Shown piece by piece: positions 23,208 to 35,215 of a stretch of 64,000 nt of DNA. Position numbers and translations under genes: made by a program. The stretch is from Malacoraja senta. Lineage: Eukaryota. Location of the stretch: assembly GCA_038087875.1 (NCBI GenBank), contig CM075993.1, positions 10,542,001-10,606,000 on the forward strand. The letters are read 5' to 3'. The notes under the pieces were generated by a model. That model was given only the letters and a program-made list of their open reading frames with translations. It was not told where the DNA came from and searched no databases. Position 1 is the first letter of the stretch; each line of letters opens with the position of its first letter.

Positions 23208-23700
23208 TTTCAAATTGTTTTTTAACTTTGTGTGAGTAGATATTTTGCAATAGCAAAATAAATTAATAAATTTAGGGCCTCCTGGAGAAAGAAATTAAGA
23301 AGCGACCACTTGAGGAAAAGTATTTCCAGCTTCAACAGCAATTTTGTTCATCTATTTATAGCATGCGTTTCTGAAGCACGCAGCACCAAGTGGGCCAACA
23401 ATCTCTGAGGATTTGCCACTTTTCATTTCACTGCACATCTCATATGTGTATGTGACGAATAAACTTGACTTGACTTGACTTGACAAAATCGGCATGTGTT
23501 TGGTCCAATTGCAAAAACAAATAGTGCACAACAATTTGGAACGCTTGCACATTCGGTCCGTCAAACACATCCGCGCCAGAGACGGAGCGCTTCACCGTTT
23601 GCTCGTCTCCTGGCGGCGTGAAGCCCAGATCCAACAGCATCTTCCACAGGATATTCTGGGCTGTAATCCTCCAGCACGATCCAGGAGCCGGCGTTGCATT
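23208..23700 (-). pseudogene. HAUS6: HAUS6 (augmin subunit 6)-like pseudogene, N-terminal domain segment
   Basis: ILWKMLLDLGFTP...ADVFDGPNVQAFQIVVHYLFLQLDQ [LINE-tail insertion ~23419-23483] ...RDCWP...FRNACYK*MNKIAVEAGNTFPQVVAS*FLSPGGPKFINLF resembles HAUS6 N-terminus (LWMYLQALGF...FPQVVGSLFLSPGGPKF); in-frame stops at 23352-23354 and 23295-23297, frameshifts; ends at GAAA|gtaagt donor. Confidence 0.85.
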
Positions 23701-23704
23701 GTAA

Positions 23705-24006
23705 TGGGCCTGTCCCACTTACAAGATTTTTTTCGGCGACTGCCGGCACCCGTCATAGTTGCAGCAGGTCGCCGAGAATTTTCAACATGTTGAAAATCCA
23801 GCGGTGACTCTTTGGGTGACCACTCACCATCATACAGGAGTCACCCCGCGACTTGCCTGTATGGTCGTGAGTAGTCGCCCAAAGAGTCGTACCTTTTTCT
23901 GGTCGCCGCTGCATTTTCAACATGTTGAAAATTTTCGGCAACCTGCTGCGACTATGACGGGTGCCGGCAGTTGCTGAAAAAAAATCGTGTAAGTGGGACA
24001 GGCCCA
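23705..24006. mobile_element. PIF/Harbinger-like MITE (near-palindromic)
   Basis: TIR TGGGCCTGTCCCACTTAC...GTAAGTGGGACAGGCCCA, long internal inverted repeat, TAA/TAA TSD. Confidence 0.85.
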
Positions 24007-24009
24007 TAA

Positions 24010-24715
24010 ATGGTCTGTCCCACTTGGGCGACCTAATCTGCGAGTTTAGAAGAGTGTCTTTGACCTTTAAGCTCGCAGCATGGCCGACACGAGGTCCTAT
24101 GAGGTCGCTGGAACTCTCCTTCATGCTCGAGGGAAGTTCCCGAATACTCGCGGCCTCAGCTAGGTCGCGGAAAATTCCGCGAGTAAAATTTGGTCATCAT
24201 GTGTCTTTTTAACTCGTAGTGCAGTGGAGTGGGGTCGCTATTTGGTTACAGGCAGTCGAGGGCAGCCGTAGGCAATCTCCTTCGCTGATCGGGCATTTTG
24301 ATTGGCTCATTGGAGTTTTCAGGACCAGGGAAAACCAACTGGTAGGTTAAATACCCGCTAAACTTTATTATACTTCTTAAAAGTGTCTCCACTCCTTCTC
24401 TCCCCTTCTCTCTCCTTCTTCCCCCTTCTCTTCCGCTTCTCCCCCTCCTCCCCTCGCGCTCTCTAAAGGACTTACCGTTACTGTGCAGCCGTTTTAGCTT
24501 CATCTTCATTGCGCAGACGGCGCTCCCCCGCTTTCCCTGGCCCTGGCCTTCGCGATGACTCTGTGTGTGTGTGTGTGTGTCGGTCGATGCAGCTCGCGGT
24601 TTCAACGAGGGCGGTCGATCCAGCTCGAGGCTTTCCAGGCGAGTGTCCTCGAGCTAGAAGGTCGAAGACACTCTTTTTAACTGGCCGATTAGGTCGCCCA
24701 AGTGGGACAGGCCCT
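24010..24715. mobile_element. PIF/Harbinger-like MITE adjacent to the previous one
   Basis: TIR ..CTGTCCCACTTGGGCGACCTAATC / GATTAGGTCGCCCAAGTGGGACAGGCCCT; flanked by TAA and TTA. Confidence 0.8.
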
Positions 24716-26034
24716 TTACTCTGTGGATGCCAGCTGCTGACTAATCATTCACTCCTTTCCCCAAGGAGGAGCATTTTATTTGACAGCGATAAAAGCCGTT
24801 CAGTTGCTATGGTTGAATTCTGAAAGAAGATCCAAAAGAAGGGATATAACATTTCTAGGACTCTGGAGAGAACTCGCTCACTCCCTATCTGCTGCGGACA
24901 AAATATATATTTGAAATAAACTGCAGAACTTTTAAATGTAAAAAATAATCTGTGTTTATGTTCCTACAAGACTGGGAAGAAGTTTCCTACAAACCTGCAT
25001 GTCTTTGGGATGTGGGAGGGAACTGAAGCACGCAGATGAAACCCACACGGTCACAGGGTCAATGTACAAACTTCACACAGAGAGCACCCGAGATCAGGAT
25101 CGAACCCGGGTCTCAGGCGCTGTGAAGCAGCAGCTCTACCCGCTGCACCACTGTGCCGACCCTGCAGAGATGAGCTTTACTGCCAGGAGTCAGGTTGGCA
25201 ATTTAAACATTACAATAGTGCTGTGTGAAACAGTGTTTCAGACCGTTACAGAGTTAACCCTGACTGCTGTGTTCCTGAGGGCAAAGGAAAACCCAATAGT
25301 TCGAGGGAAGGGTAAGCACCTTTATAGAAGCAAGATGGTTTCTTCCATCCCACCCAGCATCATAGAGCACCCACCACCAATCCCAAACACAGTGAAGGGG
25401 TAGGGAAAAGTGGACTGAGATCGGACTCTGCCGGGTCTTAGCATCACTAGATCAAACCTGTCATTGAGGTTGCGTTTTGGGTGGGGATTGCTTCAGGACC
25501 CTGACTGATATCCACACTACATGGGGGGCAAATATGCCTGGGATGTTTCCCCATCTGAGACTGATTCCCCACCCCACACTGCCCAGCCGACCAGTTCCTG
25601 TAGCTATCATAAGGTTATAAGTGATGGGAGCAGAATTTGCCCAATCAAGTCTACTCCGCCATTCAATCATGGCTGATCTATCTCTCCCTCCCAACCCCAT
25701 AAACCCTTGACACCCTTGTATCGTGGGCAGAATTTCTGGGCCAGGGAATGAACTAGAGGTCATCAGTGTGAGGCTTTCACCAATGGTCCAATGTACTTTA
25801 TTGTCACGTGTACCAATGTGCAGTGACAGTTTGTTTTGCATGCAGTTCAGTAAAACTCTTACGATACAAAAGCACAATCATATTGAAGTACAGAGTATAA
25901 GATGACCGATTACACTGAGGCAGTAAAAAATAAATCAGGTGGGACATTTGGAAGAAACTTTCTTCAGAGAACATGCAGCTCATCTCCACAGATGAGAGAA
26001 ATTGACAAGAGAGGTTCAGGAGACTGCAGGTGGA

Positions 26035-26470
26035 AACATAGAAACATAGAAAATAGGTGCAGGAGTAGGCCATTCGGCCCTTCGAGCCTGCACCACCATT
26101 CAATATGATCATGGCTGATCATCCAACTCAGTATCCTGTACCTGCTTTCTCTCCATACCCCCTGATCCCTTTAGCCACAAGGGCCACATCTAACTCCCTC
26201 TTAAATATAGCCAATGAACTGGCCTCAACTACATTCTGTGGCAGAGAATTCCACAGATTCACCACTCTCTGTGTAAAAAATGTTTTTCTCATCTCAGTCC
26301 TAAAAGATTTCCCCTTTATCCTTAAACTGTGACCCCTTGTTCTGTACTTCCCCAACATCGGGAACAATCTTTCTGCATCTAGCCTGTCCAACCCCTTAAG
26401 AATTTTGTAAGTTTCTATAAGATCCCCCCTCAATCTTCTAAATTCTAACGAGTACAAGCCAAGTCTATCC
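26035..26470 (-). mobile_element. 5'-truncated CR1 LINE with 23-bp flanking direct repeat
   Basis: YSLEFRRLRGDLIETYKILKGLDR...TRGHSLRI...FFTQRVVNLWNSLP; TCTATGTT tail; AGGTTCAGGAGACTGCAGGTGGA at 26012-26034 and 26471-26493. Confidence 0.9.
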
Positions 26471-26732
26471 AGGTTCAGGAGACTGCAGGTGGAGGTTGAA
26501 GGAGATTTGGAACATGGATTTAGGTGAAGATAGACACAAAATGCTAGAGTAACTCAGCAGGGACAGGCTGGAGAGAGGGAATATGTGACGTTTCAGGTCG
26601 AGACTCTTCAGATTTAGGTGAACAAGCGAAGTTGGGAAGATTCAAGTGAAGCATAAGAGCCGCACGTTGTGAACAGTTTGTTCTGTGCTGGGGTCTCCTG
26701 GAAAAATAGGAAGTTGGGGTCCGGGCACCATT

Positions 26733-27384
26733 GCCCCCTGGTGGTGGTGAAGGCAGCAGCGCCCCCTGGTGGTGGTAAAAGGGGGCATCGCCCCCTGGTG
26801 GTGGTGAAAGGGGGCATCGCCCCCTGGTGGTGGTGAAAGGGAGCAGCGCCCCCTGGTGGTGGTGAAGGGAGCAGCGCCCCCTGGTCGTGGTAAAAGGGGG
26901 CATCGCCCCCCTGGTGGTGGTGTAAGGGGGCATCGCCCCCTGGTGGTGGTGAAAGGGAGCAGCGCCCCCTGGTGGTGGTGAAAGGGGGCATCGCCCTCTG
27001 GTGGTGGTGAAAGGGGGCATCGCCCCCTGGTGGTGGTGAAGGGAGCAGCGCCCCCTGGTCGTGGTAAAAGGGGGCATCGCCCCCCTGGTGGTGGTGTAAG
27101 GGGGCATCGCCCCCTGGTGGTGGTGAAAGGGAGCAGCGCCCCCTGGTGGTGGTGAAAGGGAGCAGTGCCCCCTGGTGGTGGTGAAGGGGGCAAGCGCCCC
27201 CTAGTGGTGGTGAAAGGGGGCATCGCCCTCTGGTGGTGGTGAAAGGGAGCAGCGCCCCCTGGTGGTGGTGAAAGGGAGAAGCGCCCCCTGGTGGTGGTGA
27301 AAGGGGGAAGCGCCCCCTGGTGGTGGTGAAAGGGAGCATCGCCCCCTGGCGGTGGTGAAAGGGAGCAGCGCCCCTTTCACCACT
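26733..27384. repeat. 29-bp GC-rich minisatellite, 22 units plus a terminal inverted half-unit
   Basis: Unit GCCCCCTGGTGGTGGTGAAAGGG(G/A)GCA(T/G)C; variants recur at 174-bp (6-unit) spacing; minus strand reads CCACCAGGGGGCGC/A. Confidence 0.95.
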
Positions 27385-28174
27385 ACAGCTGTCAGACCAC
27401 TTGAATCAGCTCTGAGCCACATGCATGCGGATGGTGTCAGGGACAGAGTGCCATTGGGTTTTCACGGAGCAATTCTGAGATTCTTCTGTACAAAATCATG
27501 AGGGGAATAGATCAGGTAGATGCACAGTGTCTTGCCCAGAGTAGGTGAATCGATGACAGGAGGACATAAGTTTAAGGTGAAGGGGAAAAGATTTAATATG
27601 AATCCGAGGGGTAACGTCTTCATATAAAGGGTGGTGGGTGTATGGAACGAGCTGCCAGAGGAGGTAGTTGAGGCAGGAAATATCCCCACGTTTAAGAAAC
27701 AGTTAGACAGGTACATGGACAGGACAGGTTTGGAGGGATATGGACCAAACGCAGGCAGCTGGGACTAGTGTAACGGACATGTTGGCCAGTGTGGGCATGT
27801 TGGGCCTGTTTCCACGCTGTATGACTATCAGAGTGGTGAGTGTATGGAACAAGCTGCCAGACGGGGAGGTTGAAGTTATACAGGATTATAACAACGTTTA
27901 AAAGACGTGGGCAAGTTCATGGATAGGAAATGTAGAGGGATATGAACCAAAAATAGGCAGATGGGACTTCTTGATCGGCGTGGGCAAGTTGGGCCAAATG
28001 GCCAGTTTCCTTGCTGTATGACTGACCAGAGAGACATAAAATATAACCACTGCAACACTTGTCTTCCCCCGTCCCTCACTGAGACACCCACTGTCCTTGT
28101 GAAGATTTGCTGCAGTCAGAGCCTCATAACTCACACATCTCCTTCCCGTCCCTGTAGTCCATGGAGTTGCAGTG

Positions 28175-28517
28175 TTACCAGGGCAGTCGCTTCTTCCTCC
28201 CGTTCCCGAGGCTGTCGCTTGTGTCGGGCTGGTCAGGAATCATTGCAGCGCTGTGATCTGCACGGAGGCACAGTGAAGGGCAGGTCCGACCGATCCGGTC
28301 CAGCCCCTCCTGTGTGATATTCCGGCAGAAGTCCACGTGCAACGTCCTCACGTTGCCCCCGTAGATGGCAACGGCCTCCAGACTTTTGTCAGTCAGACGT
28401 GCACAGTTCTCCAGTTTCAACGTGTTTAGTTTGCTGCATCGCCCCAGGATTTGTGAGATGTAGTCATCTGTAAGGTGTCCACACCCAGCAAGGGTTAATG
28501 ACAGCAAGTTTGGACAC
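28175..28517 (-). CDS. FBXL22: FBXL22 coding exon 2 (leucine-rich repeats) to stop
   Basis: ttttttcag|[28 protein letters not shown]...[14 protein letters not shown]...VDFCRNIT; joins exon 1 in frame to give 225 aa. Confidence 0.93.
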
Positions 28518-31500
28518 CTGAAAAAAGATCACAATGATTATAGAGATTGCAATTGACTTAAAGTCTGGGCTTTAGTCTGTATTACTGCATGTAATGCAGA
28601 CTAAAGCATACACACTTGCCCAGACAACAGATCAAGGAGCACGGCCAGTGACCAGACTGAGACCACTTCTCTCTGGGACCATCTCTCCCTGGTATAATGG
28701 ACAATGGTTACACCCACCAAAACGAACAGATTATTGGTTTATCTGGGGAACTACTTACTACACAGTAGTTACCTGCTTTGTTTCAGACATAATTCAAAAA
28801 CACCCACTGACAGTAACGCACTGGAACTGAAATAGAGAACACATAGAAAATAGATGCAGGAGTAGGCCATTCAATATGATCATGGCTGATCCAGAATCAG
28901 TACCCCCATATCCCTTGATTCAGTCGTGAAGTTGGGGGGAAAAGCTGACTTTCTTTGGGGTGGCACCAGTGCCAATGGTGGCCCACGCACCTCCAGCTCT
29001 TCCCTCTCCACTGTAGAGCTGGTGGCTCTGTGAGAAGTTGTCAGAGACAGTCGCTGTGTTACTGCAGTGAATCCAGGAACAGTGACTGGTGCACCAGTGG
29101 TAGTGAGGAGATTCCATCTGTTTAATATGTTGTGCAAACTATCCTTTATAAAAGTATAACGTTGTCCACCTAACCTACCCGGTCATTGCTCAAACAAATT
29201 GCATTAGTTCTGTATTATTAGCAGAGCAAACATTTCGTAGAAAAGTTCAAACAAAATTGACACATGGCCAGAGGGCAAGCTTGAGAGTGAAGTTGAACTG
29301 GTCTGAGACGATTCATACGATCGATCCCCTCTCGTGTGCCCGTATATAGATCAGCCATGATTGAATGGAGGAGTAGACTTGATGGGCCCAATGGCCTATT
29401 TCTGCTCCTCTCACTTCTTGGACATGTGGAGTTGAGTGCACCTGATCGCACGTGTTTAGTGCTGGCAGCCAAAAGTAATTGCCTCCCTCTGCCCCCTGTG
29501 ACTCAAGAATGGTCAGTGAAGTGGGCTTTGGGGATTTTCCCAAAGGAAAAGTGGATTTAAGGAGGAATTCCAGAACTCAGGATACAGAGGGACTAGAAAT
29601 GGCAAATCCTGAAGGTTGGGGCCAGAATGTGATGATCACAAATTGCTGAATTTGGTTGTCGTGACCCAAGGCCTGAATGCAGTACAGGATGTGGTACCCC
29701 GGGCTTCATTAGACCAGTGGACAAGGTCAGCGTGCAAGTTGAGTGCAGAATTAAACTGTGCCAGCCTAAGCGGAGAGTCACATCGGAGCACTGAGTTCTG
29801 GTGTTGTGTCGGCCTGTAACTGCTCTGCTTCTCCAAATGTGGGTACCAGGTTGGCAACCATGAACGTAGCAACAATTGGAAGAAGTGGTCACTTCCCTGG
29901 AAGGATCGGTTGGGTCCCTGGATAACAAGAAGGGAGAAGTAACGGCAGAACCTGCAGCACCAGCAACTGACTGCATTAATCAATCCCCTTCAGCATCCCC
30001 GTCTCCTGCTAAAGATGGGTCTCGATCCAAAACGTCACCTATTCCTTTTCTCCAGAGATGTTGGCTGACCCGCTGAGTTACTCCAGCATTTTGTGTCTCT
30101 CTTCGGTGTAAACCAGCATCTGCAGTTCCTTCCTACACATTCTCCAAACACAGGCGGCCCCCGGGTTCTGCAAGGAATTTGTTCTGGGAATTGTGAGCTG
30201 GTTTCTCCATGTCCATTTTCTTCTGTAGCCCATATGGTATCCTGTAACTCATCTAACTTCATTTCATTCAGTAATCACCCTAACACTACCTGTAATTAAA
30301 CTAATGGAATGTACACGGTATATAGACATTAATATCATGAAACATCATTAGCTTGAAGATACGTAAAAACATCTGCGTAAACCCGTTTATTCAAAGTTAT
30401 TCATAAGCCCAGGAGCCCCTGAACTTGTTACTCTTTTCCCCTGGTCTTGTGTAAATCTTGCTCTCAAAAGGAGTTTGAAGTTGGAGTTTACTTTAGAGAT
30501 ATAGCACGGAAACAGGCCTTTCGGCCCACTGGGTCCATACTGACACTAGTTTGATGTTATCCCACTACCTAAACACTAGGGGTAATTTACAGAGAGTCAA
30601 TTAACCTACAAACCTGCACATCTTTGGGAAGTGGGAAGTGGGAAGAATCCGGAGCACCCGGAGGAAACCCACGCGGTCACAGGGAGGAAGTGCAAACTCC
30701 ACACAGACAGCACCCGAGGTCAGGATTGAACCTGGGTCTCTGGCGCTCCAAGGCAGCAACTCTACCTGCTGTGCCACCCTTGAAGGTGAGGAAGGAAGGG
30801 AATACCACTCGGGCAAGGGTGATGTCTGTGGTAGTGCAGGACACGGAAGGGGCATGGATGAGGCCGCTGGGGACATGATCTCAAGGGGGGTGTATAGTGT
30901 CTGACTCAAATGGCTTCACGGACCCCTTTGTTGATGAGGCTGGAGAAGGCAACAGAAGGATGATTGGAAGGAGGGATCAGCAGTGTGCGGTGGAGAGGCC
31001 TGGAGTTATCAGGGCATTGCAGGATGGCCCTGCATCTACTGAGCAGTGGTGGCACTTTACACCTAGCTACACATGACAATAAAGTATCGAACATCCAGCT
31101 GTCATCCCATTCTCATGTAACAGCTTCAGTCTCATCATAAAATCCTGCTCCATGTTCCCCTCTAGCTTACAACTACAGAGCACACAATACTTTGATGAAT
31201 GACAAAAATAATGCGTAGAGGGTGCATGAGAGAGCCCGGAATGAAGGCGTGGAGCCAGGCAAATTCTGTAGAGGCTTTAATGAGCACAGCAAACTACTCT
31301 CCGCTTCAGTGAGAGACTGAAGACTGGTCTCGTGCCAAAAATCCCTGCTCTTATCTCGTGGCTGGGAGCCGCCCCCGGACCGGTCCATCAAGTGCAGAGG
31401 GGGATGAACCAGGGAGTGGCCTACTCGCCAGGAACCACCACAAATGTTTAGTTCCATGAAAGTGGCCGCATGGGTCGGTAGGATGGTGAAGAAGCGTTTG

Positions 31501-34500
31501 GCACACTTGTCTTCATCCGTCAGTGTTTAGTTTACAGAAACAGGTACGGGTGTGGGGTTATGGGGAGAAGGCAGGAGAATGGGTTGAGGAGGGAGAGATA
31601 GATCAGCCTTGCTTGAATGACGGTCAACTTGATGGGCCGAATGGCCTAATTTTGCTCCTATTACTTATGATCTCATGAACAGGCTCTTCAGCCCACACCG
31701 ACCTACGATCTCCGCACAGCAACACTATCCTACACACTAGGGACAATTTACAATTTTACCAAGCTAATTAACCTACAAACCTGTACGTCTTTGGAGTGTG
31801 GGAGGAAACCTGAGCACCCTGAGAAAACCCACGCGGTCACTGGGAGAACGTACAAACTCCGTACAGACAGGACCCGTAGTCAGGATCAAACCCGGGTCTC
31901 TGGCGCTGTAAGGCAGCAACTCTACCACTGCGCCACTGTGCCTATAGGCAAATTGATTGCATGGACATGTTGGGCCGAACTTCTTGTTTCTGTGGTCTAT
32001 GATAATGTTAATAATATCATTCTAGTGAAGAAAATAACAGTTGGCCAGGGCAGTTCAGAGTCACCTACCCCACACTGCCCCGCCAATCCATGTCTTCGTG
32101 GTCCAATATCCTTCAACTTAAAGAGTCCCGACCCAAAATGCCACGAGCATTCCCTCCACAGATGTTGCCTGAACCGCGGAGTTACTCCATCACTTTGTGT
32201 TTTGCTCCAGATTCCAGCATCTGCTGTTCCTTGTGTTGCCTTCAGTATTCGATATACAGTCTCAGCCAGCAGGCAAAGAGCTAATCGCATGGGTGAAGGC
32301 ATGGGAAGCTATCAAAGCAAGCTGGGAGCGAGCAATCACATATCACAGCACTGGGGCACATTTGCTCTGCTCCTCGTCCCCTGACGCACCCATTCAGCAC
32401 CTCCCTGATCATCTCCTCCTCCCGGCAATGCGTTCCTCACCCCAACCTCTCCCTGCACCCACACAACATCCTTGTGTTCACTTTGACAACTCTGGCAATG
32501 AGAACGAACTCCATCTGTCTACATGGTTGTAACTACCTCTATCAGAGTTCCTCACAACTCGCATCTGTTTCAAGAACAGCTTCTATTTCTTCACATAAAT
32601 AAAGTGCCTCATGCTTGGAGTAATTTTGCTAAATCTTCTTCAATAATTTCCCAGTCTTCCCTAACAGAGCTGTTGTGACGGAACCAATGTGTGATAGGAG
32701 TGTGTGGTGACATCCTTGCTCTAGTAGTCTGCCTTCATGTATAAACCCCTGGATTCTGTACACTTTGAATTCACATTCTTAATCTGCCCTGTCATAAGTT
32801 CATAAGTTATAGAAGCAGAATTAGGCCATTTTGACCATCAAGTCTACTCCGCCATTCAATTATGTCTGATCTATGGTTCCCTCTCAACCCCATTCTCCTG
32901 CCTTCTCCCCATAACCCCTGACACCCGCACTAATCAAGAATCTGTCAATCTCTGCCTTAAAAACATCCATTGACTTGACCTCCACAGTCTTCTGTGGAAA
33001 TTAATTCCACAGATTCACCACCCTCTAAAGAAATTCCTCTTCATCTCCTTCCTAAAGGTGTGTCCTTTCCAACAAACCATGCACAAACCCCAGACATCCT
33101 GTTCCTGTGCCCCTTGTAGAATTGTTCCCTCTAGTTTACACAGTCTTTCATTCTTCCTGCCATAAATGTAGTACTTCTCGGCATTAAATCTCATCGTCTA
33201 CCCATTCCACTGGCTGGTCTGTATGTGCTTGACGACTATTAGTGTGCAATGTCTCCAAGTTAGCCACAGAGTCGTACATCACGGAAACAGGATCTTTGGC
33301 CCAACTTGCCTATGCCAACCAAGATGCCCCATCTTCACTATTCCTACCTGCCCGTGTTTGGGCCTTATCGCTCTGAAACGTTCCTATCCATCAGACGGTG
33401 GTCGAGGACTGGCCACGGAGAACAAAGTGAGACCCCCGCATGAGTGGACCACCGAGAACTAAGGTGTAACGGTCCTGCACACCTGGGTCCAAGTTACACG
33501 TGGGCTGCCTCCAGCCCCAGGAGATTCCCCCAAACTGGGGAAAAATCCTTACCTGCTGCCACTCTGCCCATTCTCTGTCCCTGCTATTCCACAGGCTTCA
33601 AACTAAAGGGCTTGCATGTTACACGCACTTTAGGAATTATAATAACACTTCCATCATTCCTTCAACAAATGGTGCTTTTCAAGTTATTTAGAAACGATTT
33701 ACTTGCAACGTCTACCCTACCTTTAACTGATCAATCCAAACTTGTCACAATTAATTTAGTTTTAGTGATACAGCAGATACATCAAGTCCACACCGACCAT
33801 CGATCACCTGTTCACACCAGTTCTATGTTATTCCGCTTTTTCCATCAATATAATAATAATAATAATAATAATGGATTGGATTTATATAGCGCCTTTCTAA
33901 TACTCAAGGCGCTTGAGTATTAGAAATATACTATTTCTATGAATATTATGAATATACACTGAGGCAATATACAGAGGGCCAATTAACCTACAAATCTGCA
34001 CGTCTTTGGAATGTGGGAGAAAACGGGCACCTGGAGGAAACCCACGTAGTAATGAGGAGAACATGCAAACTCCTCACAGACAGCACCCAAGGTCAGGATG
34101 GAACACGGGTAAATTCTGTCCCTGATTATTGATTCTAGAACCTTCCTCACCACTGTAGTTAGGGGTTGTCCCAATATCTTATTCTGAGTAATGGTGTAAC
34201 ATTTGCAGTTTTCCATTCTCAGGCACCACCCGTGGATCTACAGGCGTTTGGAAGAACAAGGCCAGGGTGTTTGAGTTCCCCGAGCACCAGAGGACTGCAA
34301 CATTGAACATGTTAGTTTTTAACAATGTCTTCAGTTCCTCTTGTAAAAAGCATTCAGTGTTCAAAAGTTCATACGTTCTAGGAACAGAATTAGGCCATTT
34401 GTCCCATCAAGTCCCTTTTACCACAAAGTGTTGGTGGATGTATGGAACAAGCTGCCAGAGGAGGCTGGGACTATTCAAACATTTTTAAGAAACAGTTAGA

Positions 34501-34726
34501 CAGGTACATGGATAGGGCAGGATGGGAGGGATATGGACCAAACGCAGGCAGGTGGGACTAGTGTAGCTGGGACATGTTGACCAATGTGGCCAGGTTGGGC
34601 CGAAGGGCCTGTTTCCACATTGTATTCCTCTACTCCGCCATTCAATCTATCTTTCCCTCTCAACTCCATTCTCCTGCTCTCTCCCCATAACCCTGGCAGT
34701 GAGGAGATGTTCTGCCTTCTACTGAC

Positions 34727-35061
34727 CTGTAGCTGACTTCAGCCAGGAAGCCATTGACCAGAGTGTGGTGACGGCTGCAGATGTCCCTCTGGAAGCTGCT
34801 CTTGGCCCAGTCTTCAATGTTACACACCTTGACTCGGCTGGAGTGCCAGCAGATAGCCAACGATCGCAGCGCGGGGCTGAGCACAAAGTTGTCCTTCTTT
34901 AGCTCTGACGGTGAGGAGAAGCACAGCAGGGACCACAGAGCAGGGTCATGGAACACTCCCCGCAGCGTTCTGCAGGTCGCTGACATACTCTTCCTGTTCT
35001 CCTTATCCAAAAAGGAGAAAATATGCAGCAGGCACTCTCGGTTTAAATCTGTCAGCAGCAT
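34727..35061 (-). CDS. FBXL22: FBXL22 coding exon 1 (F-box)
   Basis: ATG at 35061; [26 protein letters not shown]...[14 protein letters not shown]...; donor TAC AG|gtcagt; located between USP3 and HERC1 as in human. Confidence 0.93.
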
Positions 35062-35156
35062 TGGAAGCTAGTCTTTGCACCCTGGCTCCACGGAGCAAAT
35101 TACAAAGCAACTTCTGGGAAATCTGCCTCATCCAGGCTGCTCGAACAGCAACGTGG

Positions 35157-35215
35157 ACTTATATGGGTTAGGAATGCGGCCTCTTGTCAAGATGGCAACT
35201 GTTGTTTAAATTTAG
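35157..35215 (-). promoter_or_regulatory. Putative muscle-type proximal promoter of FBXL22
   Basis: Within 60 bp: CArG/TATA-like CCATATAAGT (35157-35166, minus), M-CAT CATTCC (35171-35176), E-box CAACTG (35196-35201), MEF2 consensus TTAAATTTAG (35206-35215); about 100-155 bp upstream of the ATG. Confidence 0.55.

Noticed and set aside
23352..23718. HAUS6-like ORFs as a functional gene
   Set aside because: Two in-frame stops at conserved residues, frameshifts, a LINE-tail insertion and no clear start codon
26544..27422. Long Pro/His/Thr-rich ORFs (187-241 aa) and a CRISPR-like look
   Set aside because: These are translations of the 29-bp minisatellite; units are contiguous with no unique spacers, there are no cas genes, and the context is eukaryotic
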